A stretch of 63,958 bases of DNA, filler included, from Dugesia japonica (taxonomy: Eukaryota): assembly GCA_001938525.1 (NCBI GenBank). It is 5 parts of 5 records of this genome, joined end to end, with 100 filler letters (N's around TTAATTAATTAA, not from the genome) between each part and the next. Parts side by side here need not be neighbours in the genome. Positions count along the whole stretch, not along the records: positions 41,522 to 55,326 come from MQRL01587770.1; positions 55,427 to 63,958 come from MQRL01498778.1; 3 more parts are not named here. One strand, given 5' to 3'. The position numbers were made by a program, and so were the translations under genes. Shown one piece after another: positions 50,584-63,752 of the stretch. The notes below the pieces were generated by a model that searched no databases, was not told where the DNA came from, and was given only the letters and a program-made list of their open reading frames with translations. How positions within the stretch are numbered: position 1 is the first letter of the stretch; every line of letters begins with the position of its first letter.

Positions 50584-52598
50584 CAGTAAAGATTCAGAAA
50601 AAGAAACTACTTTGAAACAAAATTTGAAAAAAAGTTTCTTTTTCTGTAAAAAGTTTCTTTTTGTGAATTTAGTTTAGTGTACATTTTCATCTTTTTTAGC
50701 AAAGAAAAATTACTACGTAAATCTAATAGTATTATAATTATATATTTGTCACCAAGCAAGTAAAAAAGGATGTATAACGAAAACAAACTCTTACTGTCAA
50801 AAACATTACTTCTTAATCTTCATTAACGTAATTTTGTCTCTGATATTCCAAAGAATCCATACATCAGAAATATATAGATTAGATTCGGACCATTTAAGAG
50901 TGACATTTGCGTACCTGAGTGCTTCATCAACACCAGGGCTTGAAAAGTCATCATTATTGTCCACTTCATCGATGTTAATATTTTCAGTTATTTCGCCCTC
51001 GGTAATTAACGATCTTGATATTTCATTACTTCCTCTTGCCCAATCCAATATCTTCTCGTCATTCATATTATTTCCTGGAACTGCATGCTGATAGAGTTCT
51101 ATCAATGGAACTTCATCTTCTTCTAAAGAGGGATACGGCGGCAAATTAAAAATTAGTTCATCAACTGAGCAGAATAAATGCTTAAAACTATAATTGACAG
51201 ATTGAATACTAAGTTCATTTCATGCCTCCACCACCATATAAAAAACTTAATTTAGTGTAACATTCTTTAATGTTTCTTCTAAATTTTCGTTGTTGTGAGA
51301 CAATATACTGAGTAAGAGTTTCTTGCGGTACAATGTTTTTAGTGATCGGATAATATTTTGATCGAGTGGTTGCAATAACGTTGTTGTGTTTGGAGAAAAA
51401 TATAGCACCGTTATGTTTCCATCAGACGATTTTTATTCTTCTCCACAAGAATGAGAGCTGGCATTATCCAACAGCAGTACTGCCTTTAGAGGCCAGTTTT
51501 TCTGCATCAAATGGTTTTGTACTTCTGGTACAAATTCGTCATGGAACCATTCTTTAAAAAAACGCTCTTGTTTGCCACGCATTTTTTGATGAACGGTAGT
51601 GCATGTTAGATAAAGTCGCATTTTTGAAACAGCGTGGATTTTTAGAGTGCCCAATAATCATTAGCGGTAGTTTATAATGCCCAGTTGCATTGACACCACC
51701 CATTATGGTAACCCATTCTTTGCTGATTTTTCTACTTGGGCCATTTCTTTCTTGATTTGTCACTTAAGTATTTTAACTCAAATTTTTGAAAATTAATCCT
51801 GTTTCATCTGCGTTGTATATTGGCTCAAGTCGCAGTCCTAGTTGTCGAATATTAGTCTTGTAACGTTCAATAAATGCAGGTACGTCAGAATCATAAGCGT
51901 AAATTATTTCTCCGCTTATTTTGAGGATCCAAATTACATGCCGTTTTTGAAATTTTTGAATCCAACCATGGCTGGCTGAAAACGAAATATCAATCCCGAT
52001 GGATACTAAGCATATCATCGTTGATTATGTTATGCTTGAGTCTCTCATTTAAAAACCACTGATAAAGGGCGTTTTCAATATTCGGAACTTTAACTGTAGA
52101 AAGTCTCTTAATTCTGTTTGTAGACTGTATAGAGTTCTTTGTGAATTCTTGAATACTTTCTTTATTATTCCTGATCTTGGAAATTGTACTTTTGTTTACA
52201 CCGTATTGTGCGCAAATAACATTGGTTTTGGTAGCATTGTTCAATGCAGTCAAGATCTTACATTTGTCCTCAATTGTTAGTTTCTGTTTTCTTTTACTCA
52301 TAGTGCACCTAACAAACGCTATTTTTGAATATCTTTGATCAAAGTGTTTAAAATTGAATTACAAAGTACTAACTATATATGTAGCTTCCTTAACAGTAAA
52401 AAACATCAAGTATAAGAAATTTAACGAAATTCAAAAGTTATTTAAAATTTAGCAATTTAAACGATAGGATATAATATAATGAAAAAACAAATATTTTCAA
52501 AGATTTCTTTTCTTGAAGCAATTTCAATTACGTCTGAACAAAAGTTCCTTCTTACGTTAGTTTATTTTTGTGAAGTTGCTTTATTTGAATCTTTACTG
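50584..52598 (-). mobile_element. Full-length pogo/Tigger (Jerky/TIGD-like) transposon with frameshifted transposase
   Basis: TIRs CAGTAAAGATTCA at both ends with TA TSD; transposase 52301 to 50806 in 5 or more fragments: Psq HTH (MSKRKQKLTIEDK), ASHGWIQKF, YNADETGL, AVLLLDNASSH, QPLD. Confidence 0.95.
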
Positions 52599-53036
52599 TA
52601 ATTCAAAAAATAAAATGCATGCAAAATTTAAAATTAAGTAAAATCAACCCAGGAAATCAAAGAATTTCGAAAAAATATACAACCTACACAAAAAAACAAG
52701 CAAAATTTATNNNNNNNNNNNNNNNNNNNNNNNNNNNNNNNNNNNNNNNNNNNNNNNNNNNNNNNNNNNNNNNNNNNNNNNNNNNNNNNNNNNNNNNNNN
52801 NNNNNNNNNNNNNNNNNNNNNNNNNNNNNNNNNNNNNNNNTTAGCCTTAAAATGAGTAGAAATTATTGTAAATTACTTGTGATTAAATTCAAATTTAATA
52901 AAAAACTCAATATCCTTTCAAATTATTAGAGTGAATATTACTTGCAAATAATCATTCTAAGGAATTGTATTTTAGATTAAATTTAATATTTTCTCTATAA
53001 TTAGATTTTTCAGTTGACAAAATTAAGGTTTAACAA

Positions 53037-53102
<66 letters not shown>

Positions 53103-53194
53103 NNNNNNNNNNNNNNNNNNNNNNNNNNNNNNNNNNNNNNNNNNNNNNNNNNNNNNNNNNNNNNNNNNNNNNNNNNNNNNNNNNNNNNNNNNNN

Positions 53195-53258
<64 letters not shown>

Positions 53259-55227
53259 TATAATTATTCTGAGGTTATATTAATTAATTTAATTATTATT
53301 AAATATTTAATGTTATGTAATTGTGTTTTTGTGTGTATGTCTAATTAAACTGATTACACTATTTAATTGACACAAAGAGGATCAAATGGGTAATTGCTAT
53401 AACTGATATGATCTACCCTTTGTATTTTATTCTTATTCATATTTAAATTCTTTAAATTTTTTGCAAATAGCTGAAGAAATGAGAATTATGTTTATTACAT
53501 TATATTTGGATTCAGAAGCAGTTCAGATTTATGAAAATACAATTGAAGTTAATTATGAAGAAAAAATTGAAAAAGCCTTTAGATCGAATAAAAGTTAAGC
53601 TAAAGAATTGGAATCTACACTTCGTTACAAAAGTGGAGAAAAATCCTAATATATTTAGTTGAAGACTTTAGGTAAACGGATTAACTGTGCCAATAATTTT
53701 CCTGTGTTTTAGTTGGGATAATATTTTGAATAGAAATTATGTCATAAATTTAATTAAAGCGTCGAAATTTTATTTTTAAAGAATTTTTTGTTTCAAAATC
53801 TTTCAAGCTTTTTAGTTGGAGATCACAATTTAAGTGCAAAACATAACTTTTAATAGTATTTTGAAAAGTTAGTCGAACTTTTTTAAATTTTAGGCTTTTT
53901 AAGCGGTTATATTTTTTCCAGCTTTTTACGTGGCAATTGTTTTCAAGAAATTTAAACTGTATTATTTTTTCAAACTTTTTGGTTGGAAATCTGTTCGTTG
54001 AGGTTGAATGAGGTCGATTTTTATATGGTTTTAGGTAATTTTTATCTATCTCACTCAATTGTACATTCTCTTTTATTTCTCTTTTCAACTTCATTATTAT
54101 TTTTAAATATTTTATCACTATTTCTACTTTTAAATTGGTATAAATCAAAATATTAAAAACTAGTTGACTTGACATATTGCAATTAGGATACATTTGTCAC
54201 AGCCTATTGTAAGCAAAATTATAAAATAGTTATCTCAATAAATGATTCTCCCTTTTTTTGAAGAAGGGTAAACTTTGTCACATTTTTATGTACATAACAA
54301 TTTCCTAAAAACAACTACTGAGTTTTGCTAAAATAAATAGTTGAATCCATCTTTACTGAAAATTAATTAAGTTTTATTGATTCTATTAATTTAAACAACG
54401 ACATCTTCTCTGCATTAATCTTACTTTCGATGTAAGTTTTTTGAATTCTACTTTTATGATAATCAACTTTACGAAATATACTACTGATGAAGTTTATTTG
54501 AAGATAAACTACTAAATTATTGGTTTCTCTTTACACAATTGTTTTATAAATATTGTTATTTTTATCCTTGTATTCCCATTCAAATTTAAAACTAAAATTT
54601 AATTTTAAGATTTTAACAAATTAAAATGGTGAGCCTATTCACTTTGATTTGATCAAATTCATTCTGTTCGGAGTCCTTTCCTTAAATGAATGAAAATAGT
54701 TTTTCTTGTCAAATACAAATCATCACTTTATAAAATCTACAATAAAAATATAAGAGAAGATCGAAAACATTAAACAAACCAAAATTAAAGTGGATATTGA
54801 ACTTATGACGTTTTATTTTTGAGGAATTTACAAATATTTAGAGTATAATTGAATAGGTAGATATGAGCAAACTGACCCACCCTCTGTCGGGAAAATATTT
54901 TTTTCTGGTGATTATTTTTCGACTTTTCTTTCTTTAAAATTTGTAATTACGCGCAATTTTAATCGTATCAATACAAATTCGATATCATTAGATGTGAAAT
55001 GCAACGCCGCACTATGTAGTGCAATTAAAGTTTTGATCAAGTGGGGAAGTAAAAAGTTAAAAAGAGATTTAAATTAAATTCGGAATTAAAAAGTCAGGTT
55101 TAAAACATTCAAATTGAAAACTTTGGAAAAAGTATACTCAATACAACAACTCATTGGTAAAAAATGATAACAAATTTTTATAAAATATAATAAATACATA
55201 ACAACGAATAAGGAAAAATAAGGAAAC

Positions 55228-55326
55228 TTGTAAAAATATCAAGACTGCCTCATACCATGTAAAATATAGAGACTTTCCGATACCATGCAAAATATAGATA
55301 CTTCGCATGTAAAATATCAAGACTGC
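55228..55326. repeat. About 28-bp tandem repeat running into a gap
   Basis: Recurrent CATG(T/C)AAAATAT...AGACT units. Confidence 0.65.
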
Positions 55327-55426
55327 NNNNNNNNNNNNNNNNNNNNNNNNNNNNNNNNNNNNNNNNNNNNTTAATTAATTAANNNNNNNNNNNNNNNNNN
55401 NNNNNNNNNNNNNNNNNNNNNNNNNN
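55327..55426. other. Artificial scaffold linker
   Basis: 44N-TTAATTAATTAA-44N. Confidence 0.95.
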
Positions 55427-58399
55427 TATATTTGTATTTTGATGTTTTTTAAACTGATGCGTCTGTTAGTTGATTGTTTTTTTCATAAAATAAAATGAAA
55501 TGTTATCCATTGTAATTTTTTACAATAAATACTTTTGTCTTCTTATATACACTTTCCTCTTATTATTATTATACTTCTGCAAACTATGTGCTTAAAATAT
55601 TAAATGAATTCATCGTGATTTTAATAATATAAAATAACTTTTTTAANATAACCTTTGATAAATTTATCATAACTTTAGTNTTGATGATAAATAATNAACG
55701 TTAATAACAATTTAATTTAAACAGTGTTTATTACTAATGATAACTTATAATAATAAATATCATAATAGAAGAAAAAGTCACAGCTTAATTATTATACAAA
55801 ACAATAATATATAATATTTAGTTAATTTATTATAAGTCAGTATAATACATAGTTATGATTAGCTTAATAAGATTTTATTCTAGTATGCAAAATATAAAAA
55901 AATAAGCGAGTTTGGCAGATTTATGTTAGTGACAAAGGGCAGGCAATTAAATACATACAATACTCCGGTTACTCTAATAACTATAATAGATCCATGAAAA
56001 ATTTAGAGAAATTACTATTACTAGAGTATTTATAAAACAATAATAGAAATAATTGATATATTACGAACTATATATTGTTCGCCTAAATGACTATTATCAA
56101 TTTATTTTGATTTAATGTCATAATCTTGAATTTTCTATTTTTCATTTTTATTTTCTTATTACTCCTTAATTCATTATATTTCCCCCATTTTGCTGCGTTT
56201 AATAGTCTTTATTTTATTATCTATTTCAATCTTAATTAATAACATTTTTTACGGGTTTGTTGATTTAACAGAAAGAATTACTCAATAGTTGGCGGCTTTG
56301 GAAATTTATAATAATCACTTATTAAACATGTATTACCCTTGATAATTTGCTTTCGAAATGATTACTTCCTAAAATTCAAGAAAAATTAGACAACTTATTA
56401 ATAATACAAAACTTTGTTAATGGAACATATATTGTTAAAATATGTTACAGAAAAATTCTAAAATTACATAATAATCAGAACTTACATGAGCCACGAATCG
56501 ATTCGGAGCAAGCACTGGGTAAAATAGAATCATCACGATCGTCAATTGTATTTGACATAGCGTATTTCACTTAATCATTACTCAGGTTCTTCTTACGCCT
56601 AACATAGATTATTATTCGGAGTTCTAAATTCTCCGTGATTTTTCAAGTCTAAAACCGTTACAAAACACAAATTTTAAAACAAGTAATACCTTTTGAGATA
56701 AGTTTCTATCCTAAATTCGATTGAGTAAAAAATTTTGATAATTTTTTAAGCTGATTTTTGATGAAAATTACATCGGTATTTATACCGGTTTCTTTCTACA
56801 CCTTGTTCTTCTTATTGGTTACTGGGTATCGTATGATTTTTCTATCGTTTTATTGGATCGATCATCACATGAGTTCTTCTTATTGGCTGATATTTTTAGA
56901 ATTCCAAAATTATTGGCCACTTTTCAAATCCTTGTATCTTCTTTCTGAGTCTCGTTATGATTTTTAACTTGGATTTTTGAAATCTCCGATTTTTCTTGAC
57001 CATAATTTTCTTAATTGCTAATTTTTCCACCCTGGGAAGTCGATGTTTTTGCTATATTTCACAAAATATTTAATTTTCTTTGAAAAATAAATCATTTTAA
57101 TTTGTACGGTTTATTTTATTTAAATAAATAAATAATTTATTTTATTTTCTTCTTAAATAATAATTTGATGTTCATTTTTTCGTTTTCTGATCCCAAATTA
57201 ATTTAATTTCGTCGATTTTTCTTTCATCAACTATTTTAATTAATTCCTTTAATTTATTTTCTCTTTCTCCCATTATTTGTTCAAAATGATTTTTAGTTTT
57301 GCCTAATGAACTAATTATTATTCATTATTTTCTTTATCAGGCTAATAGCTTATATTACTCCTTTTCTTATTTTTGGTTTTCTTATTTCTGAGTTATTTCC
57401 TGCTGTAATTTAGATTTTGCTGGTTATTACGTTGGTTTTAACTGCCACTCTTGGTTTTTTCCTTTAATTATTTCTTTCATTCAATGAACTGTGACTTTCC
57501 TTGGTCTGGATTCTTTGTTTCTTTATTTTGTGACTATCTTTTCACTTTCGGCTTTACCTATCGCCGATTTTATTCTCCTTACCAGGTGTTTCACCCCAAC
57601 AACTATAAATATTTTGTTACTATTGGATAGAGAATTAAACACTGCCTATACATTGTCTGAATGACTATTGTCGATATACTTTGTTATAATAAAGTAATTT
57701 TAAATTTTTAAAATAGTTTTATGCGCATTACATGCTTAAAGCATGTATATTGCATTTGTAAAGTATGCATAGAGCACGCGTATAAATTGTACATAGCATG
57801 CTATATGCATGTTTATAACATACATATAGCATATATACGCAACAGTAATAAACATTTTTTACAAGATATAAGAAGTCCAAATTTTTTAAAATATATATTA
57901 AACGTATAACAACATTGTTTTAATTAATTAAAGAATAGATCATAAACTCTGGACTATCTTTGCAATCAACAAGATTTTCTTTTTTAAAATCTATTATGTC
58001 ATCAACACGATTTTCTTTACAATCTTCACATTCATCGAGAATTTTTTATAGAGCATCCATCATTTTCTCAATAGTAAAGTCATAATTTTTAAATACTTTA
58101 TATTTTTAAACCTTCATTATATGGTATAGAAGGATTAACTACACGTTCAACATCATCATCAATAATTTTGTCAATGTTCATTATTAAATAACTGTATTTT
58201 AACTTTTGTTTATATTAACAAATGCATTATTTTGAAATAAAAACAAGGCATTTTTGATAAAAAATATTTATTATAACAATATTTAATTAATATTTAATAT
58301 AACAAAGATATAATATTTCATAGTTCATTAATCACATTTCTATACATCGAAGTTATAGTCTAGTAATCATATTTCTTTCTGAATTTTCGTTCTGGTTTC

Positions 58400-59480
58400 C
58401 ATCGTATACATTATGATTTAATGAGGCAAACTACATTATTGTATTATTTGCACAAAGCAATTTTTCATTTCTAAATATACTTCTCGTAGTTTATTAAAAC
58501 CTCTCAAACTCATCACGTTAATTCGAGCCACTGTATCTAATAGACACTGTACTTTATTTCCTTGAATTGATACCGCAACACATAGTCTGCCTTGAAATTT
58601 ATGGTACGAAATATTTATTTTCTTTTCTGCTTCAACTGTTCAAACTCATTCTACTTTTCTATCATCCGCAAAGTTTTCCCTCTTTAATAACCTGTATACT
58701 TTTTCTGTAACTTTCCCTATATCATCTCACATTTCGACCCCTTGAGGATAATTACTAAAATCCTTTAACAATGGATGGCTCCAACTAACTCCTCTACTGG
58801 CGGAGCCCTGTCTTTTGGGTACTGCCTTTCGGAATCACTTTCATATACTTACTCATATTCATCGTTTGTACTGGCATCTTCATCTTCAATCGCATGTACT
58901 CGATTAAATCGGTTTCTTGATCTTTGTCATTGTTTCTTCAATTTCTTCTATAGTCTGTCGCTTCCACAAAGTTACTTCTTCTTCAACTTTATTTTTATCT
59001 GAACAATATACTAGCATCTTTGCTACCATTTTTTCTTCAGTGAAATCTTTATTTGTAAATAATCTTTCCACTAAATCTTNNNNNNNNNNNAAATAAACTT
59101 GAATCTCTTCATTTCCACGCCTGTAGTTAATCAAATTTTGAAAATCTTTGATAATATCTTTCTCTTTCTCGAATGTCATGCGTAAGAGAGCCTGAAAACC
59201 TTCAACCTTTTTTCAATGTCTTTGCATATTTTTCCAATAAATCTTCATGTAGCAAGCAAAAGACTAATCTCTCATGTTGTTTCAAATGCGTGATGTTTTA
59301 AGCTTCAAAATAAAATTCACACCACTTGATGAATTTCTCAATATCATCTCCTCTGTAGAACACATTCGGCAATAACCTCTCTGTAATAGAATCGGTATTT
59401 ACCGCTACTTCTATGTTAGGTAAATCTTCAATCGGTAATTCATTTTGCAAATCACAACTAATATTTTTAGACATCATTTA
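58400..59480 (-). mobile_element. Gypsy gag-protease fragment, decayed
   Basis: gag-like ORF 58904-59179; protease-like CVAVSIQGNKVQCLLDTVARINVM at about 58515-58585. Confidence 0.7.
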
Positions 59481-59599
59481 TTTTACAACTACATCACATG
59501 TTTGATAAAATAAATATATATGAAATACAAAAATTGCAATATTAATATTCAGATAACTCGATTTCCTTTGAATGAGATTATTAATTAATAATTATTTCC

Positions 59600-60862
59600 T
59601 CATAATATCAAAATTATTGCGTCAGTGTGTGTATCAATGGTGACTACTATAGTATCATGGAAGGATACTATGGCCAATGGTTTTATGATGAACAATATTT
59701 TGTTTGTACTCGTTGTAAGGTTTTAGGATTAAGTAACTACGTAACTTTTTATAGGTCTCGTAAGGACCACTTATCTAGTTTCTCAAAAGATAAGAAACAT
59801 GTATTAAAATATATTCTAGATAGTGAGTCAAATAGGGAAATAAATGTAGCAACTAAGAAAACTAAGATAGTTAGATGAACTGGAATTTATTGTAATTGAA
59901 TATGATGAAGAAATCAAGATGAAACAAAAAATTATTGAAATTGAAGATGATGAAACCAATATGGAACCGGAAGTTATTGTAATTGATGAAATCATGATGC
60001 AATCAAAAGCAGTGATTAATGAACCAGAAGAAGTTGCAATCAACAGTGAACAGGATATTACATCAAACGATTGGAATAAATTTGATATCATTGATGAACT
60101 AGTTGAAGATATTATTTATAAGAATTCATCGATGAGGAAGAATACAATCAAGTTGTGGAGTATTAAATCTAGTTTCAGATGAAAATGAAGATGTTGTTAT
60201 CGAAAGAGATTTATATTGTTGCCATGAAATTATAAAAATTGATATTTCNNNNNNNNNNNNNNNNNNNNNNNNNNNNNNNNNNNNNNNNNNNNNNNNNNNN
60301 NNNNNNNNNNNNNNNNNNNNNNNNNNNNTAAAAATTCAGTTTAGCATCAACGTTGAATTTATTAGTAACTCTTAAATACAAAATTGTAGAATATCAAATA
60401 GTGCCATTCAATTAAGTGATAATTTTTTCCAAGAGGGAATAAAGCAATCAAACGAAAAAGTTTTCTACAAGACGCGAGCTCGGCTCAAGCTGGATATTGA
60501 ACAGGATTTTGGAAGTTAATTTCAAAATTACCAAGATTGAAAATATAAGTAGACTGTCAGGTCATGGTTACATATCAACTCCATAAAATCTGAAAAATGA
60601 CATTATTGCCGAGAAAATGATTGATACACAACCAACGATGTCATTATTGATGAAGTAATACCTAATACTCTTTAAATGATGTCATAATGGCTGAAAAATA
60701 ATTGATATGCCTTGAAATGATGATATTTTTGATAATGTAATGCCTAATACGGCGACAAATAAGAATTTAATTATTGAAGAAATGACTGATTCACAGTTCA
60801 ATGAGGAAGGAAATTATAAAAAATAACTGATGAAGACATATTGATTGAATTCTTAAGTTTGT
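59600..60862 (+). pseudogene. Decayed orphan ORF (Cys-containing N-terminal part, acidic repetitive C-terminal part), probably element-borne
   Basis: ORFs 59627-59878 and 59919-60182 linked by a frameshift; D/E-rich internal repeats to about 60860, then AATAAA; no introns evident. Confidence 0.45.
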
Positions 60863-60979
60863 AGTAAAGAACATGTGTGTTTTAAATAAATTTCTCATAA
60901 TTGTGTTTTGTGTTATCTTAATTAGATATTTCATTTGGATTACATCGATGTCGTTAAAATATTTTATAAATTAAATCGA

Positions 60980-61185
60980 TAATAATAAATTAAATTTATA
61001 AATTAAAAAATTTGAAGAACAAAAAATTTCAGGAACAAAAAATTCCGGACAAAAAAAAATTTTAACCATAAAAAATTTCAGGAACAAAACATTTTAACCA
61101 CAAAAAAAATTCAGGAACAGACCCCCCCCAACCTTTTTCTGCCCAGACAAATGCAAGTGTGACAGTGCGCCGCTATCTACCTACT
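60980..61185. mobile_element. Putative Polinton/Maverick terminal repeat end
   Basis: Ends ...CTATCTACCTACT (reverse AGTAGGTAGATAGCGGCGCACTGTCACA); poly-C run and AAAAATTTCAGGAAC short repeats; homologous to the 41839 terminus. Confidence 0.55.
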
Positions 61186-61489
61186 ACACTTTTTTAGAAA
61201 ATTACATAGAAGTCCCAAAAAAATCAAATTCCTATTGTAAACCAATGGGAAAAAATTTGCAAATTGCATAGAAGTCCCCAAAAACTTGAAGATTACATAG
61301 AAAAAGATTAGGTTGGAAATATGACAAATTGCTTGTATATGTGTTTTGTATGTTTTCATTTTTGATCAGTATGGCATGTGCAACATAAATGCAACATGAA
61401 TGTAATTTAAAGTTTTCATAATCGTTTTAAAATAAATTTTATCCATTTACATTTTGTAAGTAGTTAATTTAAAGTTTTAAATCTTTAAT

Positions 61490-62288
61490 AACTCGCTACC
61501 AATGCGTTAGAATGAAATTATGAGACAACAGTAATGCCCGTCATCTAATTACAATTCCAACGATATCCAGTTTGTCACCATAGCCTGTATATTCACTTTA
61601 AATTCAATTTTCTAAATTTAAAAAAGTCTTTTTTGTAGTGCACCACTATCTACCTACTAGGCTGTTTTTCATTTTTCAATATGAAGGAATCATTTTTCCT
61701 TATACGACCTTTAGGCAAAGTATAGATGTTTTTCGATTTTCAACCCGATGATGGCGGTTTCAAATGAACAAATTGGAATCGCCCAACGTAGAGCTAGAAT
61801 ATTTGTTTTATCAATATTACTGTTATGAAAACATTTGTATTTAAAACTTTATAATTAAGATGTATTCTACTTTTAATACTTTATTAAATGGTATAATTAT
61901 GATTATTTAAAATTTTTTAATTTTTAAATCTTCAATAACTTTTTAGCTTTACATTCTACAAAGATTGAAACATCTCCAATGTGTTCATCGTCTCATTGAT
62001 CATCTAGAATATATGATATTAAATGGACTTTTACCTAAGAAGTTGGTATGTACATTTAGCCGCCATTTTGAATGGGAAGGGGTCATTTTCATAAATTTTT
62101 TATAGATGCCTATCTTACTTTTTAATTTTTTATCTAAATTATAAAATCAAATTTCTGAAACACTTCATAGTCGAGAGAGGGGGGTTGGTACATAAAGAAA
62201 CTCATTTTCGATGAAACAATGATTAGTTAACTTTTTATGCTGATCCCAATGGTGCTGATATCTTTTTGTATAAATTATAATATATAGA
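61490..62288 (-). mobile_element. Possible non-autonomous Helitron/Helentron-like repeat
   Basis: Minus strand begins A|TCTATATATTATAA (TC 5' end); 3' CTRR end not located. Confidence 0.3.
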
Positions 62289-63039
62289 TAAAATATATTA
62301 AGTATTAAATCTCCTACAAAATGATACCAAGTTCGACTTTATCTGATCAATATTATGAGTGGGAAAAGTTTTCATTCTTTGACCTTTAATAACTTTCCAC
62401 TGTCCCGCTCGATTGAACTGAGGATTACCTCGTGAGATCCACCACGTCATTAGGCATCCAACAATACGATGTCGATACCTGTACGATAAAATTTCGCGCG
62501 GGAAAGTCAATACGAAAATTTGAATTGCCGAGCATGTATTTCTATTTACAAGTTTCAACCAATCACAATCGAGTAAACCCTTTACCGGCGGGTGGAGAAG
62601 TGTTTACATGCTCCTACATCTACTTACTCTGAATTTAATGTACTTTTGAACTGAATTGATAACTTGATTGTGATTGATTTCTCTTCAAATTGATATGACC
62701 CATATTATTAAAATTATGTAGTTTTATTTAATTTTATTTAATTCGCATTTAACAAATATTTAAAAAGCAGTTAAACATTGCAAAATTTCTTCTATGTCAA
62801 TGTAAATCACTTTTGAAGATATTACGTCAGTCAATAAAGTCTTGCGTATTGTATTTAGTGTTTGATTCTTGACTTATTATAAATATTAAACTCAATAAAA
62901 TAAACTTGTTTTAGTAAATTCATTCATATTTCAGATTACATAGTAAGATTAATAAAAATCAAACTCAAATAAATATTCTTTTTAGAATGGAAATGAAAAA
63001 TGTCTACAAATGTCATGTTCAACATTTTTTGTTTTTGGG

Positions 63040-63170
63040 TAGCGGAAAATAATTTTTCCACATCACCTTATTTCTCTGGACATTGTACCAAGTAATTTTC
63101 ATTTATTTTTGGCATTTCAAATTTTTTTGTCCTGAAAAACTTTCATGAAAACACGAAGTCCAAACAGAAG
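63040..63170 (+). mobile_element. mariner transposase fragment
   Basis: YSLDIVPSNFHLF (decayed YSPDLAPSDYHLF). Confidence 0.6.
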
Positions 63171-63752
63171 TGTCTGAGCTTTTGGATTCAGAACCTCTTT
63201 TACTGGTGTGGAATGGCTGAACATATCACAATTCTGAACGTTTCAACTTTCGTACTCTTCTAGATTTCAAGTTATTCTCCAAACATTTTCTAAAATTGTA
63301 ATTCTTGTTTTCGTAATTCCTCCTTTATTAATTTTATGTTGATAAAAATTTCTTGTATGACAAAAGATTGGAGGAAACAATGGATAATATATCCATTGAT
63401 TAAAGCGTTAAAATGTTTGATATTAAAATATTTTATTTATATTTTTATATAAATTTACCAAGCCTCACTTGTGTTCGATTAATAAAATTACTATAAACTT
63501 ATATTCTTTTTATTTTTTTTAATAAAATAGTTTTCCTTTTAATATAAGGCTTCATAAATTTTTAGAAATTTTGTTTTGTCGGCGTTCATTTTTAATATAG
63601 GTGCTTTTAATTATATTCTATTGTGTCAAAATTTTCATTGAAACTAGTACAAGTTAAGGTCAATAGTAAATTTTCTTTTTGTTGGTATTATTTGTTCTCA
63701 TTAAATCAACCATATTAACTCACTGATTATTTGTATTGTTGTATTTCTATTA

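Noticed and set aside
56440-57620. Possible retroelement leader/gag on the minus strand
   Set aside because: Strand-biased and coding-like, but no diagnostic motif, so not called
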